Under the pieces are notes generated by a model. It made no database searches and was not told the DNA's origin. It saw nothing but the letters and a program-made list of their open reading frames with translations. Positions 23,695 to 37,200 of a stretch of 64,000 bases of DNA are shown piece by piece. Made by a program: the position numbers and the translations under genes. Source of the stretch: Azolla caroliniana (taxonomy: Eukaryota; Plantae; Polypodiophyta); the NCBI GenBank assembly GCA_043228905.1, contig JBHGNT010000015.1, positions 16,802,001 through 16,866,000 on the forward strand, given 5' to 3'. Numbering within the stretch: position 1 is the first letter of the stretch; each line of letters starts with the position of its first letter.

Positions 23695-24612
23695 AAAAGA
23701 GAACTGTGATTGATGTTTTTTGCTAGGTTGAGATATTGAACATTGTTATGATGTTGTCGATATGATTTGCTTTTAGTCAAAAGACTCGTGAAAAGCTGTG
23801 CTAGTTTAACACCCATGCAAGAGTATGTGAATATGGTAATTGATGATGGCCACAACACCAAATGCACTGCCTTTATCGACTGGAAATATTGTAGAATACA
23901 CTAACAGGGTCGTGAGCTTTAGAATATCATGGAAACATGTAGCAATACCATTGCCTCTTTTATAATAACCTTCCAAATTCACAAAATAAACCATTCCATT
24001 CTAATTACCATAAATCAACTCACAATTATAGTGTTTACTACTTCTTACCATGACTAATTTAATGATCGAATTAGAGGAATTAATCGTGAAATTTAGGGCA
24101 TTTCTATAAAAGAGGAAATCGTGTACAAGATTGGACCTTCACTTCGTGCAAATACATTTGAATATATATACACATTGACATTCAATTAGCCCAAATATTC
24201 ATCCGTGGCTTAAATTAAGGTCCCTGAATTGGAGAAACTCATTTGTCGATAGATTCACAATGACATGTTTCACAAATGCCCTGATACACAGCTGAAAGGC
24301 ATTATAGAAATCCATCCATTCATTACATTCCATTTACATGTTTCCATGGGCAATTAGTGGGCTACAATGCCATCTACTCATAAATCTACGTGCCACCATT
24401 TATTGCTGCAAAAGTTTCTATCTGTTACTGAGAATACAAAAGATTGTCGTCACTCCATCTCTAGATATAATCTTCCTATGTGCACAATAATATCCATGAT
24501 CTTAAATCACATTAATCTTTATACGACGATTACATTCCTCACAATAAAATTTCTAAACTTTCGGAATATCTGTGAATTATTTTAGAAATTTCTCATTTTT
24601 TTCAGCAAACAC
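23695..24612 (+). repeat. Segment duplicated colinearly, with insertions, at ~28565-30735
   Basis: Shared blocks: aaggacaact...gattgatgtttt(tt)gctaggttgag; gacattcaaatgacatgtt-type block ending tacacagctgaa; caaaagattgtcgtcactccat; ttttttcagcaaa. Confidence 0.8.
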
Positions 24613-25820
24613 CTCGTGCATGGAACGCAATGATCCAGGCTCATCTCCTTCAACTTGGTTTTGTGAACAGCCCAACCAAAAGCACTCCCTATATACGAAA
24701 GGATGGAGAAAAATTACTAATTGTTGTGCTTTAGGTTGATGATTTGCTAATCACAGGACCTAATGAGCAAGAAATTGCAGATTTCAAAGCTGATCTTAGT
24801 AAGATATTTGAACCTACAAGTGTCGGTCACCACCATTACCACCTCTGCATTCAATTCATTACTGTTGAAGGGGGGGAGTTTTTTGAGTCAACCAAAGTAC
24901 ATCGAGAAGCTCCTACAACGATTCAGATTTGAAGAGTGCAAACCAATCTCCACTCCTGGAGAAGCAGGTTTCAAATTCGCATATCAAGACAAAGGAGAAC
25001 TGAGCAATGTACTCTTATACCAGCAAGCTGTAGGTTGTTTGATATTTTTGTGCAACACACGACCTGATATTCAATATGCAGTTTCGCAATTAAGCAAGTT
25101 TATGCATATCCCTGGAACAAAGCATTGGCAAGCAGCCAAGCGGGTTTTCCATTACCTCAATGGCACTATGGATTTCCGCCGCTTCTATGGAGAAGGAAAT
25201 TCATCTACTCTAACAACCTTCACTGATAGTGATTGGGGTGGCTGCATCGACACTCGTGTATCACACAGTGGCAATAGTTTCATGATCAGCAATTCCTGTG
25301 TTTCCTGGCTCAGCAAGAAGCAGCCAAGAGCTGGAACATCAAGTTGTGAAGCCGAATATAGAACAACATTCAGCACTAAATAACAGTGTGTTCAAAGTGC
25401 CTTGGCTATTGCAAGAAATCCCGTCTTCCATGCACGAACAAAACACATTGAGGTGCACTATCATTATGTGAGGGAGCAGTTCCATGGTGGTCCATGCTAA
25501 AGTGATAAACTTGGTCTATGTACAAACTCATGAAAATGTTGCAGAAATTCTTACAAAGGCTCTATCCAAAGGAAAGTTTGAATAGTTTTGCAAGGAATTG
25601 GGTATTCTTCCAACACCTGGATAGTGACAACATTCAAGTTCACACCTTTCACTTCAGGGAGGTTTGTTACACTTAATGTGTATCCTATGAAAGCTTTGGT
25701 GAGAACATAGTTTGAATAGTGTGAGCCTAGTTAAGTGATTGTTGGGTTTCCTGCTACCTGTAGATATTGGTTATACAAACCATTCTATATCTTTGTAATC
25801 ACAAGATCGTTTTATCTAAT
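24611..25820 (+). mobile_element. Ty1/Copia retrotransposon 3' remnant (RT, RNase H, PPT, partial LTR)
   Basis: Translations QTPRAWN, V.DDLLITG, TRPDIQYAVSQLS, FTDSDWGG, SSCEAEY, ARNPVFHARTKHIEVHYHYVRE. PPT cagggagg followed by TGTTA at ~25664. Stops and frameshifts present. Confidence 0.9.
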
Positions 25821-25984
25821 CTACTAATTTTTCCTTAAGTCTTCTAAGTCATCATGCTGTGTGAGAGTTAGTCTTAGGATCCCTGCATTTTCTACATTCT
25901 CACAGGAGAAATCCCTTTCTTTTTGTAAGAACACAAGTTTTGGCAGAATATGTACACTCATTCCACACAGCTTATGAACTTGAG

Positions 25985-26050
25985 AATACAAAATGAACCT
26001 GATCGTTTGGATTTTTGCCAGGATGAAGGCCAAGAGTCAGCTTATGAAGA
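25985..26050 (-). pseudogene. Fragment of DnaJ exon 2 (J-domain) with HPD changed to HPG
   Basis: aacctgatcgtttggatttttgccaggatgaaggc aligns to 22178-22212 and translates HKLTLGLHPGKNPNDQ followed by the GT donor. Confidence 0.75.
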
Positions 26051-26479
26051 CGAAGGGCAGGCTAGACATTGGTTCCAGGTGCAGGACATCGAGATATAAT
26101 GAAACCCAACGATATAGGACTTAGGTGTTAAGGTTCAAAGTGAGAAACAATATACTAGATTGAGAAAGGAAAAAAAGGAAAAAAAGGAAAAAAATATTAT
26201 TTACTATGTATTCATCTTCTCACTGGAGAAATCTCTTTCTTTATGTAAGAACACAAGCTTTAGCAGAATTTGTATATACATTCACAGCTCTTGTAAGTTC
26301 AGGAATAAAGCAATATCAGTTAGCATCTTTCACTCCACAATGAGAAGTCCCTTTCTTTTTGTAAGAACACGCCCTTGTAAGAACACGCCCTCTGGTTGAA
26401 TGTTCATATTCATTCCCATACGTTACAGAGACAAAATCATCAATGTTTGTTCTTTGCTATGATTCCTTCATTAACATAC

Positions 26480-29400
26480 CTCATCACAACATCAGATAGA
26501 GATTTTATTGGTAGCCACAGCAAACCAACCTTCCATCCTACAGATATACCACTGCAAGGCTTTATATTCAAGCGCAGACAATCTGGTGAGCACAACGGAC
26601 AGAATGGATTTAGTTGAGGATATACTCAGGTTCCCACTAAACCCAACAAATCTCCACAAAGTTTCACAAACCTTAGGTCAGGATTTTCATTCGCCACAAT
26701 CGAGAATGCCTCTGATATTGAGATATCCTCCTCATAATCATACCGGATTCTCTTAGCCTTTAAAAAAATGAATTGAGTACTATAAAAGCAGGATTTAGTC
26801 GAGGATATATTTCAGACCCCCACAAACCCTATCTCCGACAAATTTCACAAACCATATCTCAAGCTTATTATCCACCACAATCGAAAATGCCTCTGATATT
26901 GAGATATCGTCCTCATGATCATACTGGATTCTCTTTGCCTATAAAAAAGAAACGAATTGAGTACCATAAAAGCATCAGTATATCTGAAGAAGTTTGGTTT
27001 ACCTCTTCCAAATGGGGCTCAAACTTATGCCCAACTTCAGGGACCACTTGAGCAGGGACTTACTGCCAATCTATATCAAAAAGAGCATAGCTACATCGTA
27101 AACACTGCCACTTATACACAAATCTAAGAAAAAAGAAATTAAGTGTAATGTTTACCTCTCCAAATCGTAATCATACAGGACAGAATTGGGTGACAATTCC
27201 AAATCAAACTGGCCTAAAGGTTGTGCTCACGAGCTCTATGTAACATATCGACATAGTGTATGCATTCTTTGTCATTTTACAATGTCCAGTGGATGATGAG
27301 AATAATTGAGAATTCGTGCTGAAAACATCACTCTTACCATGAAGCTCCCATATCCATTGGGTAGCCATTAGAAGAGTCAGTATGGATTCTGTCACCTATA
27401 CATCCTTTCAACTCAAGTGCAGTGACCTGAATTTGGAGGGCAGCTCTCAATCTCATGTTGAAACTAAAGCAGCAAATAACTCCAAAATAACCCTGAGCTC
27501 TTCATTATTCCCCAAATGCCCTTTATCACCTGGTAGGAGCAAATATATGGTCAAGTTATCTCAATATATATGTGCTTTTTGAGCAATTGCATCGCTAACT
27601 CATCCCCTTCTTTCTCATATATGTGCTTTTTGAGCAATTGCATCGCTAACTCATCCCCTTCTTTCTCTCATGGGTTGACTGAGGTGATTTTGGGAAACAG
27701 AGAGAACCCAAGGGAATTTCAGGGAAATGAAAGAAAAACTGAATAGTGTTGTAGACTGTTTTTTCCTTAAATCGGTTCAAGACATGGAATCGAGTTGATC
27801 GATCCACTACCTTACACCACGTCTTTTGACTCCCAAGCAGCAGCCAAGCCTGAAATGGCAGCTCTGGTTACAGGAAAACTAGCAACGTCAACGATCTACT
27901 TAGAGACAAGAATCACATTGTTCAGTTCAAATACAGTGAATATATTGCTGCTCATCATTATCATGAATATATTGCTCTGGATAAGCCTGAAATGGCAGCT
28001 CTGGTTACAGGAAAACAAGCAACTTCAACAATCTACTTGGAGACAAGAATCACATTTTTCATTTCAAATCCAGTGAATATATTGCTGCTCATCATTATCA
28101 TGAATATATTGCTCTGGATAAGAGTACATGCACTTCACCTGTCTTTACCACTTCCACAATTTGGATACCTCCATTGATCTACTGCCCGCATTTGTCTTCA
28201 CCACATACATTATTTGGCTTGATTTGCTGCATCTCTTTCTGCTTCATCACTTTGTATACATGTTTGGGCATGGTATAGTTTGCCACACATCTTACTAAGG
28301 CATCTCTACACTGTTCATCTTCCCCTTCTATATGTCCCTCGCAATTATATGCTGCATCTTTTAGGATTTCTTATCATAACAAATAATGTTGAAGACTAAA
28401 TATCTGCATTAACGATGTATTAGTCCATAACTTTCTGTAATTAACTATGCCATATAAATTAGTCCTGTCTTATCCCTCAAATGTGCATAGAGGATTGCCA
28501 CATTAGCCAAATGTTTCTAACATGTACGTGTAAGAGACAATCTTAAATCACATCCGACATGTATTAAGGACAACTAAAAAGTAACGATCGGCAACGGTTC
28601 GGTTCGGTTCGGTTTGAGAGGATCAAAACCGAACCGTTTAAATTTTTTGAAGCCTAAACTGAACCGAACCGAACCACAAAACCGTTAAACCATTAAATCG
28701 TTAAAACCGCGGTTTTGTGGTTTGGTTTCGGTTTTCAACTTAGGTCAAATTTTAATTTTTAAATTTATAATATTTCATTTTTTTAAAATTTTAAAGATGT
28801 TCCTAAAATGTGTGAATAAGGTCTAAAAATGAAAAGATTGTTTTAAAACAAAAAATTAAAAACCATTAAACCATAGTTTCTGACTGTTGAAACCGAACCG
28901 AACTGTTAATCCGTTATGTCGTGGTTTCACGGTTTGGTTCGGTCCAAACCGAATCGTTGCCTGTTACTAAAAAGAGAAATTTGATTGATGTTTTGCTAGG
29001 TTGAGGTTTGAACATTCAAAAGTCTCATGAAGAGTTGTTTAGTTAAACACGCATGCAAGAGCATGTTTATAAATAGCATAAATGAGTTTCCTATTGTGAA
29101 TATGGTATAATCTTTTATGGTTACAATGCATAAGTTTGTTATTGATTGGGAATATTGCGGAATAGACTAAGCGGTAGTGAGCTTTACAATATCATGGAAC
29201 ATATAGAAACACCCTTCCCTTTTATAATAATCATGCATTCCAATAAATATTGTGGAATACAATATAAGGGGAAGTGAGGTTTAAAATATCAAGGAACAAC
29301 CGCAAACATCATTCCCTCTTATAATAATCTTCCAAATTGTGAAAATCACCGATTCCATCCTAACCCGCAATGAACTTCTTGCCATGACAAATTAATAATC

Positions 29401-29850
29401 GAATTGGTAGCGTTCTCTCACACCATTCTTAAAAGTAGCATTAGAAAACAAAGAATTATTTGTTAAATTTGTTCTTGAATATGTTTTAAATGAAGTGTTT
29501 GGTCATTAACCCACTATGCCACACAGCTTTTTCCTCTATAACTCCTAAATTTTTCATTTACTGTTGGACTCCTTTCCTATCCTTCAAGATCATACTTCAG
29601 AGAGAGGATAACTATTGTTGGCTTTATCTATCTCCTTATCCATCAATCCATTAATAGTTTCAACAAAGCCCGCTTCTTCAAATAGGTCTCTTGCATTCTC
29701 CATTGACTTTCATGTTTTCCATCACATCATCGGTTGTGGCTTCAGCCATATCAAATTGAATCTACTACTAATCAAAACTCATATCCACTAGTACCATTTT
29801 CAACAAGCTTGCTCTCCGCAATCTTCATTTACTCAAAGTCATGTACAACA
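26480..29850 (-). pseudogene. Decayed multi-exon gene of unrecognised family
   Basis: Exon-like blocks bounded by AG/GT at ~26480-26757 (partly duplicated at ~26790-26938), ~27003-27060, 27155-27530, 28137-28370 and ~29520-29850. Coding-like translations are interrupted by stops. Confidence 0.4.
28582..28966. mobile_element. hAT-type MITE
   Basis: Imperfect TIRs taacgatcggcaacggttcgg / ccgaatcgttgcctgtta. Perfect 8-bp TSD ctaaaaag (28574-28581, 28967-28974). Many AACCG subterminal motifs. Empty homologous site at ~23705-23720. Confidence 0.88.
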
Positions 29851-31223
29851 CTAACGCAAATAATTAAGGATACTCATACAAGATTGAACCTTGGCTGAGT
29901 GCAGGTATATATGAATATATATGGAGGGTATCCATATATTCCCTCTTTTTTAAAAGGGCATATCCATTGTAGTACTTTCACACTTATCCTCATTGCATCC
30001 CTACATGTTGGCTGCATGACAAGTATGTTCACAAACGATATAATATTTGGGTGCACTACGTGACTCATATCTAACAGCATAAATTAACTCAATACTTAAA
30101 TCTTATTCTTTAACAAGTGCAGATGATGTAAATCGCAATAGAATTCAATGAATACATGAATTTGGACATTGACATTCATCCTGCCTTAAATCACAGTCCC
30201 CCAATGGAGAGACTCATTTCTCCGTGGATTCAAAATGACATGTTCCACCAATGCCCTAATACACAGCTGAATGGCATTACAGAAATCTATCCATGACATT
30301 AGACTCACATGTTACAATGGACAAATTGTGGGCTAGAACGCTATGTACTCAGAAATCAAGGTGCCGTAAATCAGAACACAAGATAGTAATTACTCCATTT
30401 CTTTATGGCATTTGAATTGCATTCTCCCTACATGCACAATAATAACCATGATGTTAAATTACAATAAATCAGTGGACTAACAATGCCATCTACTAAGTTA
30501 AGGTGCCACCATTATTGCTTCAAAATCAATTTTCTTTCCGTGATTAAGAACACAAAAGATTGTCGTCACTCCATTTCTTTATGATATTTGAGATGTATTC
30601 CCCCTACAAGCACAATAATATCCATGATGTTAAATCAGATCACTCTTTATATGGAGATTACATTCCAAATAATAAAATTTCTTAACTTTCAAAATATCTG
30701 TTAATTGTTTGGAAAATATCTAATTTTTTCAGCAAAACAAAGAAATGGCACACCAAACAAATTTGGAAAAGAAGAAAAAAAAGAATCAAACAAATTGGAC
30801 AATATGTGTATCGTTTCTACTTTGTATGACATAGCTCCCAGTATTTCATTATTTGACAAAGCAATAAGTTGTAGTTTTATCGTTTTTAGCTGTGATATCA
30901 TTGTTTTGATTGTGTAACGTGTCAAAAGCTACTTCAAGTATGTTGTTCTGATCAATCTATTCCATAAGGTCACATCTGGAATTGCCCATTTTGTTCTATT
31001 TCTTAACAGAATTGCAATATAGATAAATGTGCAGTTTTGCTAGCATTAAACATCAAATTTTGCTAACTCATCTAATATTCACCCTTTTTTTCTCAGACAG
31101 GGATTCCGTTGCCATTTGCAACAACCCAAGGCAGAGGTACTGACAGATGGGTTACGCTTCAGTCACCACTCCGAGCCACTAGCCACCTGACATTGGATCA
31201 TCTCACATTACTACCAGTAAAAA

Positions 31224-34200
31224 CTAAATGATGTTTGATGCTATCATGTATGTATTGATTTCCTTCCTATTGGTTAAAGCCTGTAAATTAAGTTACTATT
31301 ATAACCGATTAAGGATTGAATACAAGGGAAAAGCTGTGGTTTCCATAACAAGGGACCATTAAAAATACTATCACTTAGCTGTACTTTTAAGTACAGCTAT
31401 ATATTTCTTGTTGCTCCAGTAACCTGTAACATCTTATATGGTCGATGACTAAAGCTTAAACTTATCACATGTTTTTAGTTTATAAGAGTGCCAATTACGG
31501 AGACAACCTGATCCTCTCTGCAAAAGGATCTATCAAGAGAGCATATTTACATGAGCATGCTATTGAAAGAAATTATAATAATCACAGTTGAAATTGGCAA
31601 CTAAGTGACACCTAATAAAGCATGTTTCATGAAGGAGATGCACTTTCAAACTTTTATTTTATTTTGTGCGTAGTATTTTTTGGATGATGATAAAGGAATA
31701 TGCCCAATTGTCACATTATCATGATTAGTCCTTTCGATTTAGATATTATTTAGATGTTCAAGATACTCGGTAATTATTTAGATATTACTTAGTATTTTTT
31801 CACAAGAGTGTGGAAAGGAGCAAGGAAGAATCTTTACTTGAGGATTATTGCAGCTCCCAAGTAGAATGAGGATTTCTTCAATGTTATCTTCTGACTCCTT
31901 TCCTTCAATTATGTTTTGAAAAGCACCAACACATGCTCCACGAAGACCTTCCCAATACTCTTCTTGCTCATTTGATTGAACTAGTATACCAAAAGCTTTA
32001 GCCGAATACATAAATTGTCCTGTCTTGTAGCACTCATTAGCAAACAATTGAAGGAGGCTGCAAAAAATCACATGTTCAATTCATTATTGGTGAGACCCTA
32101 TGTTTTCAAAGGGAGTAAAAATTATCATTCTCTCTAGTTTGATACCTAATAGAACAGCTAGGTTTAGAAAAGATGAATATTTCACCCGCAAATAGTTTTA
32201 TATCAAAGAGCTTCTGTAACATTTAAGCAATATCACTACTGTATCTACAGTGGAAATGTTGCTCCTTGTCTCTTGAAAGCTCTTTTTGCATGTCTACCCA
32301 AATACACAATGTGTGCAAGTGGGGCATGTCTGGATAGGATAGTTAGTCTCCTTCCAACTGCAGTTTGGATAGGGAAAAGTGCAAAAGCTTGATGAATAAC
32401 CTGCAAATAAGTAATGCACAGGAGCCTGAGCATTTCACTGGAATCGATGGAAACTCTCAGTTTCAATCAGCTGATTTACAAGAATCATTGACACATTTTA
32501 TTCTATTAAAGATACTCCTAAGTTGACTAGTTCAGGAGTATCACTTCTTGAAGTCTTAGCAAAACAGGGTTGTCTTTCCCCATCACCTGAATCATCCAAT
32601 TCATGTGATATAATTGCAGAAGAGGACTCATTACCACTTGCGCTGCCACCGATTGAATGGGTGTAGAGTTCAACAGAAGTTATGATCAAACAAATCAACA
32701 AATAATGGAAGAGGGCGCATGAATTCATGGGATGGTCTTGAAAATGAAAACTTTGTAGACCATGCCATGGCCTTGAAATTTTGATCATGTTCTATTTCAA
32801 AAACGTAGACAAGAGCAAAAATAATGGCGAGTCCATTAGATATAGTCAATGATCACCCCCAACTTGTTAGTTTATCCCAACATGTATTCTTAGAGTGCTC
32901 ATTTTGTGATAGCACCCCAACTGCGGAGTAGCTATTGTGCAACCCGACTATATGGGTTGATGAGATGTCAATGTGGGGAAGATGATTCAGTCAGAATGTA
33001 TTTAGGAAAGAGGAAGTATGGTAATGGGATTAACTAGTGATGACGTCTAGAAGAATATTCTCTGTTGGCGGGTTAAGATGTACTTAGGCTTGAAAGTATG
33101 TGCCATTGACTTTAAGATAAGTACTATCTAGCTATCACTTGTATCTAGGGAGCTCGGTCATATTAAATGACAAGTGAGTTGACAGAAAAGGAATATCCCC
33201 ACTATTATCAACTGTTTTGCATCTTTAATGTGACAATAAGACCAAACACAGAATATAAGTATCCACTCTCTTTCTCTTACAGAGCTGCTATGACTGTTAT
33301 TTGTGTCAACTAAGTCTGTAGTGGACTAGTCCAGATTCCATCTAAGCTCTAAGGTGTGAGCACACAAGAGAACTACCATTGTGAGTTACTGAATAATCCA
33401 ATGGTACACTCCATGCATTCGTATACCACAATTCTTATTGATAATTCATACATTTCATTGTCATTTTCAAATTGATTATAATTTTGTTAAGTTGGTAGAA
33501 AATATAAACAGGACAAACTCTATTAATTTCCATTGGAGTTCAGGTATTGATGGACTTTCCATGGGTCTCATTCAAATGTGATGGAAAATTTGTATTGACA
33601 CACATACATCTCTATGATTGTAACTCTATATTCTTATCTAGTCAATTCTCAATATTTCTAACATTGTCAACAACTGAAAAAACTAGCTAAGGTGCTTTTT
33701 GCTTGTTGTGGTTTTAGGCAGTCAGGTGGTCACCTCTAGTTTATATCATACCAAAAAAATTACTGATATATATTTAAGAATTTAAAAGCCACAAAAGTTG
33801 TCGCCTCATCAATATCTCAGATAGGTAGAAGGATATACCTGAATGAATCATCCAAGACATCTAGTTGAAGGTACCTTTCCCATGCCAGATGAGCTTTTCC
33901 ATTCATGATAAGGCAGAAAGATAGCCATGCATAGTAATAGTAATCCTCCATCATTTTTTCAGAATGAATTGATAAGAGGATCTCTTCTGCCTCAACATAT
34001 TCACCAACACAGGCTTTTGCAATTCCGTAATTCCACTTGAATTCGTCCATGTTCTTACAAAAGTTTTTTATTGACTGCAGTAGTTTCACTATGATCATTA
34101 AGACCTAGTATAAAATATTCCAAATCCAAGGCTTTCCTTAACATATTTAAGGATATTTGTTCATTTTGGGATCATCACAATTTAATAAGGTCATTAAATT

Positions 34201-37200
34201 ATCTAATGTGTTGTGTGTAGACTCATAGTTATAAATCGTTGGAGAAAAAAAATGTATTCCTTACTTTCAGATACATAATTGCATCTTCAAACTGCTTGTT
34301 CAAGAAAAAAAATGATGACATACATTGACGACCAGGTGTAGTATCACATTCAGTGGCAGAAGATCCAATCATTTGAAATAGATGTTGCGCTTGCTGCAAA
34401 AGGTCCTCAGAATTTATTTCTTGCCCAAGACATGCACACGTGACAGCCTTGATAATGAATTCTTGGGCCGAAGTTGGTTCAATATTCCGAACCACCTCAT
34501 ATGCTTGGCGCAACTCTTAAAATCCATATAAAATCATTGCTTTCCATTTTAGAAGTTCCATTTATGCATGTGAATTGAAATAAGTAGGTGTTTTATTAGT
34601 AAGTGGTAAACTGAAATTATACCGCCATTATTTAAATGGTAAACAGCTGTGTTGAGCTGAGCCTCTGGGAAAATATTTATCAAACGTGGAAACACCTACC
34701 ATATGCAGAGAATATAGAAGTAAAATTAGAATTATCACACAACCAATTTACTCATTTTAACCTCTAAAATTCAGCGGCATATATTAGACGTCTAGTGATA
34801 TTTGACTAAAAACCTAGACATGTACGGTGCCTACTGATAGCTAGCAATTTCTATATGTCCCCATCAAAAACAGATTCCCAGAACTGTAAAAAACATTTAT
34901 TCACATCCAATCTTAAATATGCAAAAGATGTTGATTGTAGTACCTTCCTTAAATTATTCAATCCAACACCAAAAATGAATTTGAGCTTTGGAAATTTAGG
35001 AATTGAGAAAAGATTGCCAAACCTATGAAAAGCTGGAGTGATTCACCAAAGAGTAAAAAGATATCCACAGGAAAGACGATCAGTGAATCTCATCTGAACA
35101 TTCTGCTGTGACCTACCTTTCTAGTCTAAGTTCTGCTGATGATCGAAACGATATTCATTGGTGCACATGCTCAGTTTTCAATGAATAACATGTTATCTTT
35201 TTTCACCTTCTATTGAATTCTTATTTCTCCCCTTGGATGAGGCATTTTCCCTTCCTTATCTTTATGACAAGAAGTGGTCCACACATTTCAACATCCACTC
35301 TGGGGTTAGTTGTTGCTTCCAAACAAATAACATCAGAAGTTTGACAGAAACTGAGATCCCCAATCCCGGAACTTCCTTCAAGAAGAAAATACAGAATTTT
35401 AATGGATTTTGCGACATTTGAGATCCTGGTCATGTGAACATACCAAGGGAAAACAAGGTTTAAGTCATGTGACGGGAAACATCTTGAGTCAGGGATGTTG
35501 ACCAACGTGAGACGGGCATCGAGGAATAACCATAAAGGTGGCAGATACAGTTGACCAAATTGAGATAGCGATGTTGAGGTTTATCCTTGTTCTTGGTTCC
35601 TTGGAAAGGCTGCAAAGTGATGACGGGTTCACTCAAATGGAGGGGTCAAAAGCAGCATATCATGTGACACAAGCTGGTTCCAAAATCCTGCCGTTGCTAC
35701 TGATGATAGTACTGTAGTACTGCTCCAGCTGTGGCAGCATGGCTAACAAGGACAATCTCACCCTCAGATTAGTGTCCAGAAAGGCAAAGAGCATTGACCT
35801 GTCCTCCAAGTGAATTCTGCAAATCAACCTATCAAGGTAATCAACATGGAGAACGTTGTCAATAATGAAACTCTCTTGGACTCTGAAGGATGCACCAAAA
35901 TTGGGGTGACACAGGCATCGGATGATCAAGCTTCAAATCACTGTATCATTTCTCATAGGTACTCAAGCCAGGAGCCAACAACAACAGGAAAGTGTATGAG
36001 AGTGATATAAAACTGCCTGCCACTAGGGGGATGGCACGCCTATGTCCGATTATATACCAGTAGAACACTCATTTCAGCAAACATGTAAAAATGAGTTTGC
36101 CAAGCAGGGGGATATCATGACTATGTCCAATGAGAGTGATGTAAAACGGCCTGCCACTAGGGGGATGGCATGACTATGTCTGCTTATATATCAGGGGAAC
36201 ACTCATTTCACCAAACTCATAAAAATTCCTTTGCCAAGGAAGGGTATATCATGACTATGTCCTATTACATATGATAGTGTTTCTGCAAACTGCCAATCAG
36301 CTTGTGTAAATCTGTTCTTACTGACACCAATAAGAAATCACATCAATTGCCACCATACCAACATTAAAGTTGCCCTAGCATACCAAATACATTCAAATTC
36401 TTGATCCTTAATTTAATTCGCCCATAAAGTAATGTTCTTCACGTAAACTACCCCAATAAAACTCTCTAGCTCAAGTTCCCAGTCCAGATATTAGGATTTT
36501 TATGAAAATTCTTTCTATAAAAAGAATATTTATGTATCAGAGATTATATTACTCTCTACCTCAAGCTGATACAGCCTAGATATTTGGACTTTTATGCAAA
36601 TTCTTTCTATAAAAAGAATATTTATGTATCAGAGATTATATTACTCTCTAGCTCAAGCTCATACAGCCTAGATATTTGGATTTTTATGAAAATGCTTTCT
36701 ATAAAAAGAATATTTATGTATCAGAGATTATATTACGTAATAATTCTGAAGAAAATCAAATAGATAAAATGAAGTGAAATTTTGGAACCTGTAGAGCACC
36801 TTCTCCATGTTGGAATACAGCGAGATTATGTTGCAAGAGGTCATTTTCAATCATACCCCTGCTAGGTTCTTTCAAAGCTCTCAAATCTGTAGCGGCGACC
36901 TTACCCCCCCAAAGCTTGTGTTTATGGCAAGCCTAAACAATTAACTCATGGTTTTATACACTCCATTACAGAAACCATATCATTACTGGGCAGCATGTAT
37001 TAGTTGTTAAGACAATCAAAAGCCTAATGTGCTCTTTCTATTATTCACGTACGTGACATAGTATATACACACTGTACATCATTTACAACAATACAGGTAT
37101 TGTGCTTTAAAAATCTTCCTTGGTTTCTCACCTTAAGATTTGAAGCAATAAGACTGTCAGGGTAGACCTGCAAAAAAGATGTATAAGAAAATGATAAGGA

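Noticed and set aside
31645-31720. Alternative IFT56 last exon (..[11 protein letters not shown])
   Set aside because: No suitable in-phase AG acceptor was found. 31280-31224 has a better acceptor, though it remains unproven.
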